From positions 1 through 41,951 of the IMG/VR virus record IMGVR_UViG_3300048998_000066: a DNA stretch of 41,951 bases. One strand, given 5' to 3'. Under the pieces are notes generated by a model. It saw only the letters and a program-made list of their open reading frames with translations. It did no database searches and had not been told where the DNA came from. Position 1 is the first letter of the stretch; each line of letters opens with the position of its first letter. Made by a program: the position numbers and the translations under genes. Positions 14,734-24,903 of the stretch are shown one piece after another. Source of the stretch: a virus (lineage: Duplodnaviria; Caudoviricetes).

Positions 14734-16271
14734 TGTCCGAGGCCCCGCACGACATAGGCCACAACGGCCCACCGCCGCTGTGGGAGCCGCAACCCGGCCC
14801 GCAGTCGCTCGCCGTAGCAGCGCAATTCGTGGTCGAAGTAATGTTCGGCGGCGCGCGTGGCGGAGGTAAATCTGATTTCCTACTCGGCGACTTCCTACAG
14901 GACATTGATCAAGGCCCGAAGTGGGCGGGTATCATTTTCCGCCGTTCGTATCCTGAACTAGAAGAACTAATCAAGCGCGCCAAACAAATGTACGCGCCCT
15001 ATGGTGCTATTTGGAAGGTGGCCGATAAGACTTTCGTGTTTCCATCAGGCGCTACTTTAAAGATGCGCCATGTTGATACCGAAGATGATTGCGACAAGTA
15101 CCAAGGACACCAGTATGCATGGATTGGCTGGGACGAACTTACAAACTGGCCAAACCTAAACTCGTATAAGAAACTAAAGGCGTGTTTGCGCGGTGCGTCT
15201 GATGGCGGTGTTCGCTTTAAACGCATTCGTTGCTCGGCCAACCCCGGCGGCGTAGGCCACCACGCGGTAAAAGCGTACTTTGTCGATCCGTGTCCGACCG
15301 GTATGGAATTAATCGAGAGTACGGAGCTTATAGATCAGTATGATCCGCTAACTGGTTCGCTGGCTAAGTTGCCGTGGACGACCACGCGTATGTATATTCC
15401 GTCTAAGGTGCAGGATAATAAAATCCTGATGACCAATGATCCGGGATACATCGCCCGTCTGCATGAAATTGGTTCGCCGGAGCTCGTCAAAGCGTGGCTG
15501 GACGGCGATTGGAACGTCATTACGGGCGCGTACTTCCCTGAATTTAGCTTGGTGAAGCACGTACTTGTACCCTTTAAAATACCTTTGCATTGGGTTAGAT
15601 TTCGCTCCATGGATTGGGGCTCGGCCACGCCCTTCGCCAACTATTGGCACGCCGTAGTATCTGAAGCCTATGAACTGCCGGATGGCAGATACTTGCCGCC
15701 GGGTGCAGTGGTGACGTACCGCGAGCTATACGGCTGGAATGGTACGCCTAACGTTGGCTTGCGCTGGCCCGCTACGCGCGTAGCGCAGCAAATCATAAAA
15801 GCGGAAACTAACTCGGATGGGCAAAAAGAAGTAATAACGTACGGCGTAATCGACCCATCCGCATACTCCAATCAATCAGGGCCTTCCCATGCCGAACGCA
15901 TGGCAATGGAGGGCGTACTATTCCGTAAGGCGGATAACAACCGTATCGGTGGCTGGGATATCGTACGAGATCGCCTATGCGGTATAGAGGGTGATCCAAA
16001 TATCGGCTACGGCGTCGGCATACCTATGTGGTATGTTTTCTCCACTTGCGTACACCTCATTCGTACTCTCCCGGCGCTGCAACACGACCTTAACGATGCG
16101 GAAGATTGCGATACGGACGGTGAAGACCATGCGCCCGATGCACTGCGGTACGGCCTCATGTCACGCCCCTGGCGTCGTCCCAAACCCATTAAGCCGCAAG
16201 AAACTGTAAAGCTCTTGCAAAACGCCACCATGGATGATCTATGGTCGGCGCGCGAACTCCATGAGGACTAG
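14733..16271 (+). CDS. terL: Terminase large subunit
   Basis: GGARGGGKS, IGWDELT, SANPGG, nuclease SMDWG and EDHAPDALRYG. Confidence 0.95.
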   Translation: MSEAPHDIGHNGPPPLWEPQPGPQSLAVAAQFVVEVMFGGARGGGKSDFLLGDFLQDIDQGPKWAGIIFRRSYPELEELIKRAKQMYAPYGAIWKVADKTFVFPSGATLKMRHVDTEDDCDKYQGHQYAWIGWDELTNWPNLNSYKKLKACLRGASDGGVRFKRIRCSANPGGVGHHAVKAYFVDPCPTGMELIESTELIDQYDPLTGSLAKLPWTTTRMYIPSKVQDNKILMTNDPGYIARLHEIGSPELVKAWLDGDWNVITGAYFPEFSLVKHVLVPFKIPLHWVRFRSMDWGSATPFANYWHAVVSEAYELPDGRYLPPGAVVTYRELYGWNGTPNVGLRWPATRVAQQIIKAETNSDGQKEVITYGVIDPSAYSNQSGPSHAERMAMEGVLFRKADNNRIGGWDIVRDRLCGIEGDPNIGYGVGIPMWYVFSTCVHLIRTLPALQHDLNDAEDCDTDGEDHAPDALRYGLMSRPWRRPKPIKPQETVKLLQNATMDDLWSARELHED

Positions 16272-16275
16272 AGAA

Positions 16276-18510
16276 ATGGCCGAGGCCGCTGACCAACAAG
16301 TCACTTATTGGGGTAAGGAACTTGAGCGCGCTAAAAAGCGTTTTCGTACATTTTGGGAGAATGGTGACGCTACGGTAGATGCGTACCGGCTTCAAAAGGC
16401 GGACGGCAACGAAGCCTCAGCTAAGGATAAGTATAATATCCTATACTCGTCTACGGAAACCATTCGTCCGAACTTGTACGCGCAGCAGCCGAAAACTCGC
16501 GTTGCGCTGCGCAATAAGGATACTGCGACCGACATGGCGCGCGTCGGCGCGCTCTTGCTTGAGGGATGCATTGAGTACGTTAAAGGCGAAGAAGATTTCG
16601 ACGAGTTGATGGACAACGCGGTCGAGGATTTCCTGCTTCCCGGCCTCGGCGTGGGTTGGGTACGTTACGAAGCCACATTCACGGATGCACTGAATGATGG
16701 CGGCGAGAAAATTCCGCACCCGAACGGCGAGAAAAATACGTACGTACAAGAACTACTTGACGAAATGGTAAAGATGGAGTACGTGTATTGGCAAGATTTT
16801 CTTACTGGCGTATCGCGCAACTGGAAGGAAACACCGTGGGTCGCCAAGCGTATCTGGCTGAATAAGAAAGACGCGACCACGCGTTTTGGCGCGGAAAAAG
16901 CCGATAAGCTTGACTACCGTACTCGGGAGGCGACCGGGCGCGAGGCGGACAATCCCGCCGAAACCGCCGAGGCGTGGGAGATTTGGGACAAGACCACTAA
17001 GACCGTGTACTGGTGGGCGGAAGGCATGTCTGAGTTGCTGGACAGCAAAGCAGACCCTTTAAAGCTTAAGCGTTTCTTCCCTTGTGCGCGCCCGATGCGC
17101 GCCATTTCGAACACTCGTACATTTGTGCCGCGCGCCCTATACTCGCAGTATAAGTCACAAGCGGAAACGCTAAATGTACTTACCAAACGTATCCGTCTTC
17201 TCGGCGAAGCGCTGCGCGTGGTTGGGTTGTACGATGGCTCACAATCTAAGTTGGCCGACATACTTAACCCGGCGGCCGGGAACCGCATGGTTGCCGTCGA
17301 TAATTGGGCCATGTTTGCTCAAAACGGCGGTATTAATGGAGCGGTGGCGTGGGTACCGATTGATCAGATCGTTAAGGTACTAGGAGAACTTTTAAAGGCA
17401 CGCGAAATCTGCAAGGCCGAAATTTATGAAATTACCGGTCTGTCGGATATTATTCGTGGCACTTCGAAGGCGTCAGAAACACTAGGGGCTCAAAATCTCA
17501 AGGCCAACTGGGCGTCTGCTCGCGTCAAGAAAATGCAGAAAGACGTACAACGTTTCGCCCGCGATATGTTGGCACTTACTGGCGAACTGATAGCCGAACA
17601 CTGCTCGCCCGAAACCATCGCGATTTTCTCGGGGCTACAAATTCCGTCCGCGGAAGATATTAAGACAAATCCTAAGTTGCAACAACAGGTCAGTACTTTT
17701 ACGTCGGCGTGCAATTTCATTAAGAATGAGGCGCGTCGAGTATCCACTATAGATATCGAAACTGATAGTACGCTTATGGCAGACGACGCGCAAGATAAGC
17801 AGGATCGCGCGCAATTTCTGGCGGCCGCCGGCGCGTTCCTACAACAAGCCGTACCCGCCATTGAAGCGACGCCAGAACTTGGACCGTTGCTTGGGTCTAT
17901 GCTGATGTTCACAGTGCGCTCGTTCCCGTCCGCTCGTGTAATCGAGGACGAGTTCGAAAAAGTACAGCAATCCATGGCGAACCGTCCTGCGCCCGACGGC
18001 GATAAGGACGGCAAGAAAGCCGCCGCCGCCGTACAGACGCAAAAACTACAGCAGGACGGCCAACTTAGGAGCCAAGAACTCGCTGCGAATGCGAAGAAAG
18101 ATGATACTGCCGCCGCGCTGGCGCAAACGGCAGAAAATAATCGCCATGAGGAAAAACTACAAGAAATGTCACTACGACAGCGCGAACTTGATATTCGCGA
18201 ACGCGAGTTGACCATAAATGAAGGAAATCTCGCCGTGGCGCAGGAAGATGCGAAGACGCGTAAGTTTATTGCATTGCACGCCGCCGGTATCGCGGAACTC
18301 GGGCATGAGTTGGAAGTTGACGCTCAAGTACGTGAAGATGAACGTGAGTATGATACTATGGATCACGAAGCCGGCATGGCCGACGCTGATCGGGCGCATG
18401 AGGCCGCCGAGGGGGAGGCCGACCGGCAGGCTCAAGCGGATGCGGCCAAAACGGCCGCCGAGGCGGCCCAGGAGCCCCCGGAAGCCCCGGCGGACAGTTC
18501 GGACGCCTAG
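16276..18510 (+). CDS. Portal protein
   Basis: Follows terL; ~744 aa; IYEITGLSDIIRG..ASETLGAQ; long coiled-coil C-terminal barrel as in P22-like portals. Confidence 0.9.
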   Translation: MAEAADQQVTYWGKELERAKKRFRTFWENGDATVDAYRLQKADGNEASAKDKYNILYSSTETIRPNLYAQQPKTRVALRNKDTATDMARVGALLLEGCIEYVKGEEDFDELMDNAVEDFLLPGLGVGWVRYEATFTDALNDGGEKIPHPNGEKNTYVQELLDEMVKMEYVYWQDFLTGVSRNWKETPWVAKRIWLNKKDATTRFGAEKADKLDYRTREATGREADNPAETAEAWEIWDKTTKTVYWWAEGMSELLDSKADPLKLKRFFPCARPMRAISNTRTFVPRALYSQYKSQAETLNVLTKRIRLLGEALRVVGLYDGSQSKLADILNPAAGNRMVAVDNWAMFAQNGGINGAVAWVPIDQIVKVLGELLKAREICKAEIYEITGLSDIIRGTSKASETLGAQNLKANWASARVKKMQKDVQRFARDMLALTGELIAEHCSPETIAIFSGLQIPSAEDIKTNPKLQQQVSTFTSACNFIKNEARRVSTIDIETDSTLMADDAQDKQDRAQFLAAAGAFLQQAVPAIEATPELGPLLGSMLMFTVRSFPSARVIEDEFEKVQQSMANRPAPDGDKDGKKAAAAVQTQKLQQDGQLRSQELAANAKKDDTAAALAQTAENNRHEEKLQEMSLRQRELDIRERELTINEGNLAVAQEDAKTRKFIALHAAGIAELGHELEVDAQVREDEREYDTMDHEAGMADADRAHEAAEGEADRQAQADAAKTAAEAAQEPPEAPADSSDA

Positions 18511-18515
18511 GTGGG

Positions 18516-18545
18516 CTTGACAGGCCCCACGGGTCGCCCTACGCG
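18516..18545 (+). promoter_or_regulatory. Putative promoter for head genes
   Basis: CTTGACA-17-TACGCG. Confidence 0.4.
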
Positions 18546-18576
18546 TTGCGTGACGGGTTTAAAGGGAGCGGCCCCG

Positions 18577-18996
18577 ATGGGCGCGAGGTACAAGGCGGTA
18601 TACAGGGGCGGTAGGTTGTTCGCTGAATACGAACATGGCGAATTAACGTACTTGGACCCCGAGTACCAAGCCCCTAAACGCTCTCAGCACGCCATGCCCA
18701 TGGTCATGCGTGATATGGAAGATTACCGCTCTCCGCTGGACGGTACGGTCGTTAGCGGTCGCCGTCAGCATCGAGACCATATGCGGGTACACGATGTTGT
18801 TGAAGTCGGTAACGAACAAATCGGCAAAATGTCTGCCGCAAATACTGCGCCACCGGTAGATCGCGAACTTGGCGAGGTTATAAAGCGCCGTGTGGAGGAA
18901 GTGGCGTCTATGCCGCAAGCGCAATACGATGAGCATGTTCAAAAACAAGCACACGAGCACGCGGAAGTAGCCGCTCTCGTCACGGCAACTGAGTAA
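18577..18996 (+). CDS. Conserved head-module hypothetical protein
   Basis: GGGAG RBS before MGARYK; YRSPLDGTVVSGRRQHRDHM..HDVVEVGNE. Confidence 0.75.
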   Translation: MGARYKAVYRGGRLFAEYEHGELTYLDPEYQAPKRSQHAMPMVMRDMEDYRSPLDGTVVSGRRQHRDHMRVHDVVEVGNEQIGKMSAANTAPPVDRELGEVIKRRVEEVASMPQAQYDEHVQKQAHEHAEVAALVTATE

Positions 18997-19007
18997 GGAT
19001 ACATACG

Positions 19008-20180
19008 ATGAGCGAAGGTTATGATATGGTCTCCGACCTTAACGGCACGGCGACCGAAGGCACAGTTCCGGCGAATACTGGCACTACGTCGCATGGTACG
19101 GACGCCGTATCGACCAACAATCAAAACCCCGTTACTCGTGAGCCGGTCGCGCAAGCGAAGATTGTAGGCGCTAAAGAAGCCCCTATCGATGGCGATAAGC
19201 CGAAATCGGTACGCGATTTAATTTCAGGTGCTTTAAAGGGTGAGACGACTGCAACGCCCGATGCTGCGCAACAAGATGGTCGCGCACGTAACCCTGACGG
19301 CACTTTCGCATCAAAGGTCGATCCGGCGGTTGTGGCTGACCCAGCCGCCCCTGCCCTAGTTGCTGCGCCTGTTACGGCCGCACCGACGGGTATTGATCCT
19401 CAAGTATTCTCGTCGCTCCCGGCGGAAACGCAAGTTCAACTTGCGCGTACAATGGAGGACGTGCAAACCCGCCAACAGCGTTTTGCGCGGTTGGAACCTA
19501 TCGAACGGTTGATCGAACCACGTATTTCTGCGTGGGCGCTCAGCGGTATGGCTCCTGAAACGGCGCTGCACCAACTGTTCGCCCTGTCCGACTTCGCTGG
19601 CCGCGATCCGGGCGGGTTTATTAAGTATATGGCCAACGTCAACAACGTCGATCTCGAACAACTGGTACTCGGGATGGGCGGCGAGGAACAAGTCGATCCT
19701 GTCGTAGCCGAACTCAATAAGCGCATCGCTGAACTTGAGAATGGACGTACGCAGGAACAACGCCAGCAGCAACAAGCTGCGCATGATGAACGCGTAAGTA
19801 ACGTAGTTACGTTCGCTACGGAGAAAGGCGGGGATGGACAGCCCTTGCGCCCGTACTTCGACGAACTCGGCAATGATATTCTACCGTTCATCTCCGCGGT
19901 GAAGTCGCAGAACCCTCAATGGACCCATACGCAAGTGCTTCAGGAAGCCTATGATCGGGCTTGTTGGGGTACCCCAAGCGTGAGAAGCAAGATGCAGGCC
20001 GCTGCTGATGCGGCCGGCGCTGCGGAACGGCTTCGCCAAGGGACCGAACGGGTAGATGCCGCGAAAGCTGCGAGTGCGAGCGTACGTTCAGGCGTACCGA
20101 CGACACCCCCTGCCGCACCGAACGAGGCTAACCGGAGTACGCGCGACGTAATCCGCGCTGCAATCGCGCAGCACTCGTAA
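19008..20180 (+). CDS. Capsid scaffolding protein
   Basis: Lies between portal and capsid; low complexity and coiled coil; RNPDGTF motif. Confidence 0.75.
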   Translation: MSEGYDMVSDLNGTATEGTVPANTGTTSHGTDAVSTNNQNPVTREPVAQAKIVGAKEAPIDGDKPKSVRDLISGALKGETTATPDAAQQDGRARNPDGTFASKVDPAVVADPAAPALVAAPVTAAPTGIDPQVFSSLPAETQVQLARTMEDVQTRQQRFARLEPIERLIEPRISAWALSGMAPETALHQLFALSDFAGRDPGGFIKYMANVNNVDLEQLVLGMGGEEQVDPVVAELNKRIAELENGRTQEQRQQQQAAHDERVSNVVTFATEKGGDGQPLRPYFDELGNDILPFISAVKSQNPQWTHTQVLQEAYDRACWGTPSVRSKMQAAADAAGAAERLRQGTERVDAAKAASASVRSGVPTTPPAAPNEANRSTRDVIRAAIAQHS

Positions 20181-20210
20181 CAACCCATTTGCTCTGGAAG
20201 GAGCTTTAAA

Positions 20211-21185
20211 GTGGCCGTTCCCAATCTCTCTGAAATCGTTACCACGACGATTGAAAATCGCAGTAAGTCTGTCGCGGACAACGTGTCGAAGTCGCACGCG
20301 TTGCTTGATCGTCTGGAAAAGAAGGGTAAATCGAAGCCCGCCGATGGCGGACGCAAGATTATCCAAGAAATCGAGTTCGCCGAGAATAGTACTTTTGGCT
20401 GGTATTCTGGATACGATACTCTGAATATCGCTCCGTCAGAAGTATTCAGCGCCGCCGAGTTCGATTGGAAACAGTGCGCGGTGGCGATCTCGATTTCCGG
20501 CCTTGAGCAACTGATGAACTCCGGCGAGGAACAATTCATCGACCTGCTGGAAAGCCGCGTTAACAACGGCGAACGTACGATGAAAAACCAGATGGGCCTT
20601 GCCGTGTACGGCGATGGCACTGCTGGTGGCGGCAAGGCCATCGGGGGCTTCCAACTGCTCCTGGCTGACACTGCCACGTCGGGTACGGTTGGCAACATTA
20701 ACCGCGCCAACTGGTCGTTCTGGCGCAATCAGTCGTTCTCGTCCGTTACCGACTTCGGCGGCGCGATGACCACGGCGAACGTGTTGGACTACATGGCGCG
20801 TACGTGGCTGACGCTGGTACGAGGCAACGAAAAGCCCGACCTGATCATGGCGGACAACAACTATTACCGCCTGTATTGGGAAAGCCTGCTCCCGCAACAA
20901 CGCTTCATGTCGTCGGCGATGGCCGAAAGCGGCTTCGAAAGTCTCAAGTACCAAAGTGCCGACGTGGTGTTTGATGGTGGTATCGGCGGCGGTTGCCCGA
21001 CGAACCACATGTATTTCATCAATACTGATTACGTGTATCTCCGTCACCACTCCAAGCGCCAGTACGTCGCGTTGGGCGAGAAGCAACGTTTCTCGACCAA
21101 CCAAGACGCCATGGTTCAACTCATGGGCTGGGCCGGCAATATGACGCTTTCGGGCGGCATGATGCAAGGCGTACTGCGCGCTTAG
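20211..21185 (+). CDS. Major capsid protein
   Basis: 324 aa, GTG start after AAGGAG, optimal codons, followed by a terminator; TTIENRS...ADNV, YSGYDTL motifs. Confidence 0.9.
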   Translation: MAVPNLSEIVTTTIENRSKSVADNVSKSHALLDRLEKKGKSKPADGGRKIIQEIEFAENSTFGWYSGYDTLNIAPSEVFSAAEFDWKQCAVAISISGLEQLMNSGEEQFIDLLESRVNNGERTMKNQMGLAVYGDGTAGGGKAIGGFQLLLADTATSGTVGNINRANWSFWRNQSFSSVTDFGGAMTTANVLDYMARTWLTLVRGNEKPDLIMADNNYYRLYWESLLPQQRFMSSAMAESGFESLKYQSADVVFDGGIGGGCPTNHMYFINTDYVYLRHHSKRQYVALGEKQRFSTNQDAMVQLMGWAGNMTLSGGMMQGVLRA

Positions 21186-21209
21186 TACGGGCGCGCCACG
21201 ACAATCATC

Positions 21210-21239
21210 GGGGCGGCATTTTAAAGAGTGCCGCCCTTT
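21210..21239 (+). terminator. Terminator or attenuator hairpin after the capsid gene
   Basis: GGGCGGCATT/AGTGCCGCCC stem plus TTT; loop region carries TTTAAAG. Confidence 0.6.
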
Positions 21240-21270
21240 CCGCTAATCTCCTGCTTAGGAGTACTATGAA

Positions 21271-21780
21271 ATGGCCTACAAAAGTTTCGCTAATGCCCCG
21301 TTGGGGTATCCTCTGCCGGGCAATGTCGATACTGCTATTGGCAACGTCGCCGTTGGCACGATTTCCAAGTTCGTTGATGACACCATGGGGGAAGGTGAAT
21401 TTATTTATCTTCCCGGTGTCGCTTCCGTAGCGGCCGGGGACGCGGTTGTTTACGATCTCGCTCCCGGCGCGCAAGCCATTGTACGTCTCGCCAAGGACGT
21501 ACAAAACAATACGGGTCGCTCTGTGGCGTTCGCGACTGCCGCTATCGTGGCCGCTACGTACGGTTGGTTCCAAATTGGCGGTACGGCGTTGATTAACACT
21601 GTCGCCGGTACGGTTGCCGGTGCGGTGTTCGCGACCGCGACCACTGGGCAAGTTGGCAACACCGCCGATGCAGGCGATCAAATCCTTAACGCTCGCATCT
21701 CGACCGCCGTGGGTACGCCTTCGGCGGGCAAGTCATACGCGACGATCAATCGACCCTCCGTGCAAGGACAAATTACCTAA
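21271..21780 (+). CDS. Capsid decoration/cement protein
   Basis: Directly after the capsid gene; GEFIYL.GVAS and YGWFQIGG motifs. Confidence 0.7.
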   Translation: MAYKSFANAPLGYPLPGNVDTAIGNVAVGTISKFVDDTMGEGEFIYLPGVASVAAGDAVVYDLAPGAQAIVRLAKDVQNNTGRSVAFATAAIVAATYGWFQIGGTALINTVAGTVAGAVFATATTGQVGNTADAGDQILNARISTAVGTPSAGKSYATINRPSVQGQIT

Positions 21781-21801
21781 CGTAGTTTCGTCTCCCCAAC
21801 T

Positions 21802-21836
21802 GGCGGGGCGCTTTGGCGCGCCCCGCCGTCTCTTTT
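21802..21836 (+). terminator. Rho-independent terminator
   Basis: GGCGGGGCGC/GCGCCCCGCC stem followed by a T-rich tail. Confidence 0.7.
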
Positions 21837-21853
21837 AATGTGAAAGTTTAATC

Positions 21854-22588
21854 ATGCAAATGCTCCCCGATCCGCAGTACAAGACCGCCGACGGGGCCGC
21901 GCTCCGTATCTGGCGCGATACTGCTCAAAATCGTTTCCTGTCTGAAAAGCTTGGACGCCCGATCTTTGATGAAGTAATTTTCGTTGAAGTCATCGCGCCT
22001 GGCTCCGGTAATAGCACGCCGGTATTCGAACTCGAACGTACGTTTGATGAGAATATGGGTCATCCCGATCCGCTGCGTGGTGCGAAGTACGAAGAACTCA
22101 AACAGTTCGTTGAGGACTTCAAAAAAGCCGAAACCGGCGGTGGCGACGGCGCGCTGTCTGGTACTCCACTAGAACAGTGGCCGGAAATGAACCGCTCGCT
22201 GGTAGCAACGCTCAAGGCGCAAGGCGTGTACACGGTTGACGCGCTCGCTTCGCTGCCTGATGGCAAGCTTACTATTGTCGGGCCGGATGGCCGTACTTGG
22301 CGCGAAAAGGCCAAAGCGTATCTCGAAAACGCTAAAGACGGTGCGTATGCCACGGAACTTGCGGCGAAGCTTGAAAACCTGATGACGGAACTATCAGCGG
22401 GTCAAGAACGCGAAAAGGCCATGGCGGCGCGTATCCAAGAACTCGAAAACACGCAGCGTACGGCGGCCACCGCACCCGATATTTCGGCTAAGAAGCTGAA
22501 GACGGAAAAGACCGCCGCTGATGCAGTTGCGGAAATCGCGGCAGCGCAAGCGGTCCCGGTTACAGGCGAAGAACTGCCGATCATTTAG
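21854..22588 (+). CDS. Conserved hypothetical protein of the head-tail region
   Basis: GTPLEQWP...TVDALASLPD helix-hairpin-like segment, coiled coil, ends LPII. Confidence 0.8.
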   Translation: MQMLPDPQYKTADGAALRIWRDTAQNRFLSEKLGRPIFDEVIFVEVIAPGSGNSTPVFELERTFDENMGHPDPLRGAKYEELKQFVEDFKKAETGGGDGALSGTPLEQWPEMNRSLVATLKAQGVYTVDALASLPDGKLTIVGPDGRTWREKAKAYLENAKDGAYATELAAKLENLMTELSAGQEREKAMAARIQELENTQRTAATAPDISAKKLKTEKTAADAVAEIAAAQAVPVTGEELPII

Positions 22589-22616
22589 TACGACAATATA
22601 TTGGGGCGCGTAAATT

Positions 22617-23330
22617 ATGTCACTTCTATCCGTCGCTCAAGACGTAACCGACATGATCGGATTTACGCGCCCCAGCGCTATTGTTTCCAGCACCGATGCC
22701 TTGGCCAGACAAATACTTAGTCTCGCAAAAGAAACGCTGGAAGAACTCGGTCGCATGGATTGGCCGGCACTAGAAATACCGTACACTTTTAATACGGTAG
22801 TCGATCAATCGCAATACGCGCTACCCGCAGATTTCGGACGCGAGGTAGGCGATAGTGTATACGTTTCCGGCCAGTACCAAAGCCTGCGCGGTTCGTTGAC
22901 CGCCGCCGATTGGCAACGCCAGAAAAGCGGTATGCAAGCTAATCTGGGGCGGTATAGGTTTCGTATTTTCGGCTTGCCGACCATGCTCAATATCACGCCA
23001 GTACCGTCTAAAGTCGAAACATTGGTAATGGAGTACCAAACGACGTACCGCGTGCAACAGACGGATAGTACGTACAAGAATACATTTTTCGCCGATACCG
23101 ATGTGTCGCTTATGCCTGAAGAACTTTTAAAGAAAGGCCTGAAATGGCGTCTGCGCCATGCGAAAGGGCTGGATTACTCCGAAGAATTTAATGATTACGA
23201 AATGTCACGCGCCGCCAGATTGGCACAAGCGATGAGTATGGGTTCAATGCCCGTAGCATTTCGTAGCGGATTAGACAATGCCGAGGGCATTGGAAATATG
23301 TACATGCCGGAAGGCGGGTACGGTAGTTAA
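22617..23330 (+). CDS. Head-tail adaptor (tail tubular protein A / P22 gp4-like)
   Basis: Synteny; YALPADF and GLKWRL..AKGLDYSE motifs. Confidence 0.75.
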   Translation: MSLLSVAQDVTDMIGFTRPSAIVSSTDALARQILSLAKETLEELGRMDWPALEIPYTFNTVVDQSQYALPADFGREVGDSVYVSGQYQSLRGSLTAADWQRQKSGMQANLGRYRFRIFGLPTMLNITPVPSKVETLVMEYQTTYRVQQTDSTYKNTFFADTDVSLMPEELLKKGLKWRLRHAKGLDYSEEFNDYEMSRAARLAQAMSMGSMPVAFRSGLDNAEGIGNMYMPEGGYGS

Positions 23331-23331
23331 C

Positions 23332-24903
23332 ATGGCACAAGCCCGTAAAGTTTCACGCGGTAAACGCGCCCTGCCAACTACGTTGCCAGCCCCGGTCGGG
23401 GGATTAAACGGGCGCGATGCACTCGGAGAACAAGGCGAAAAAGACGCTTTCCGTTTGGAAAATTGGGTACCGCGCGGTACGTCCGTTGATACGCGTGGCG
23501 GATCGCTAACGTACGCAACTGGAATTGGTGGCGCGGTTGAGAGTGTAGAAGTTTATACAGGCGGCACTACCCCGAAAATGCTCGCATTCGGAGCGGGCGG
23601 TATATATAACGTAACTGCGGGTGGCGCAGTAGGTGCAGCCCTCTTAGCGAGCCGCGTAAGTAATAAAGTTACGACGGCCATGTTCTCTAACGCCGGAAGC
23701 CAATTCCTGCTTATATACTCTGGCGCTGATCAACCGCTTTCGTACGACGGCACGACCTTGACGGGATTGGCGATTACGGGCCTTACCGGGTCGCAAAACA
23801 CTCTATTCTCTCCTGTGGCCTTTAAAGGTCGTATGTTTCTAGCGCAGGTCAACCAGCTTGGGTTCTATTACCTAACAGTCGGCGCGATCCAGGGTGCGGC
23901 CTCATTCTTCGACTTGCAACAGCAGTGCTTGCGTGGCGGTTCGATGGCGGTCATTACCTCGTTCTCGCAAGATACCGGACAGGGGCCGCAAGATTACGCA
24001 TTGTTCGTCACGACCGAAGGCGAGTACTTGGTATACGGCGGTACGGACCCGTCGAATGCCGCAACATGGGCGCTAGTGGCTAGATACTACGGCCCCGCGC
24101 CAATCGGCAAAAAGGGCTCGTTCAAATTCCGAGGCGACGCGTACTTCATTACTATCGAAGGGATCATCTCATTTACTGAAATCCGTAACGGCGGCGAGGA
24201 AGATCATAACACGGACTATCTGACGGATAAATTAGGAAGTATCTTTAAAGACACTGTGAAATATCAGGATACGCATGGCTGGTCGGCCCTGGTTTACCCG
24301 CGCGGTTCCATGGTACTGGTCAATGTACCGCTTACGGCCTCCGAAACCGGCCCGTATACGCAATTCGTACTTTGCACCGTTGGCAAAGACGCGTGGACCC
24401 AATTCATGGGCTGGAACGCTATTTGCTGGACGTTGTTCAATGGGCGAGCGTACTACGGTACGTTCGACGGCAAAGTCATACTGGCCGACGAAGGTTATAC
24501 CGACAACGGCGCGTCCATTAACTGTATTTGTCGTCAAGCGTGGAATACATTTGATGATCAAAACGGCATGGGCGAGGCGGACAAGCAATTCCATCTCGTG
24601 ACGTTCGCCATGGCGGCGGACGGCGCACCGTCGATCTCAGCCAACCTTAACGTCAATTATGAGGACAGTGAGCCGCAGTCTACAACCGTACTAACACCTA
24701 GCGCGGGGGCTGATTGGGATACTGCTGATTGGGATACTGCTGATTGGGCCGGCGGGGCGGTGACGCAAAATATATCTGTGCCAGTCGGTAAGTTCGGATA
24801 CATTGCATCAATATGGATGAAAGCCGTATCTGTTGCCGCGACTATAAAGTGGTACGGCTCACGTATAGTATTGCAAAAAACAAATGGAGTACTTTTACAA
24901 TGA
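23332..24903 (+). CDS. Tail nozzle / DNA stabilisation protein (P22 gp10-like)
   Basis: PAPVGGLNGRD N-terminus, beta-rich body, WD repeat near the C-terminus; start MAQARK. Confidence 0.8.
   Translation: MAQARKVSRGKRALPTTLPAPVGGLNGRDALGEQGEKDAFRLENWVPRGTSVDTRGGSLTYATGIGGAVESVEVYTGGTTPKMLAFGAGGIYNVTAGGAVGAALLASRVSNKVTTAMFSNAGSQFLLIYSGADQPLSYDGTTLTGLAITGLTGSQNTLFSPVAFKGRMFLAQVNQLGFYYLTVGAIQGAASFFDLQQQCLRGGSMAVITSFSQDTGQGPQDYALFVTTEGEYLVYGGTDPSNAATWALVARYYGPAPIGKKGSFKFRGDAYFITIEGIISFTEIRNGGEEDHNTDYLTDKLGSIFKDTVKYQDTHGWSALVYPRGSMVLVNVPLTASETGPYTQFVLCTVGKDAWTQFMGWNAICWTLFNGRAYYGTFDGKVILADEGYTDNGASINCICRQAWNTFDDQNGMGEADKQFHLVTFAMAADGAPSISANLNVNYEDSEPQSTTVLTPSAGADWDTADWDTADWAGGAVTQNISVPVGKFGYIASIWMKAVSVAATIKWYGSRIVLQKTNGVLLQ
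24709..24748 (+). repeat. Perfect 15-bp tandem repeat (x2.7) encoding ADWDT
   Basis: GCTGATTGGGATACT repeated. Confidence 0.9.

Noticed and set aside
19949-21167. Long minus-strand ORFs (259 and 243 aa) over the scaffold and capsid genes
   Set aside because: Antisense shadows caused by codon bias
24709-24748. ADWDT tandem repeat as a novelty
   Set aside because: WD-x3 repeats are usual near the C-terminus of this tail protein type; listed as a feature only
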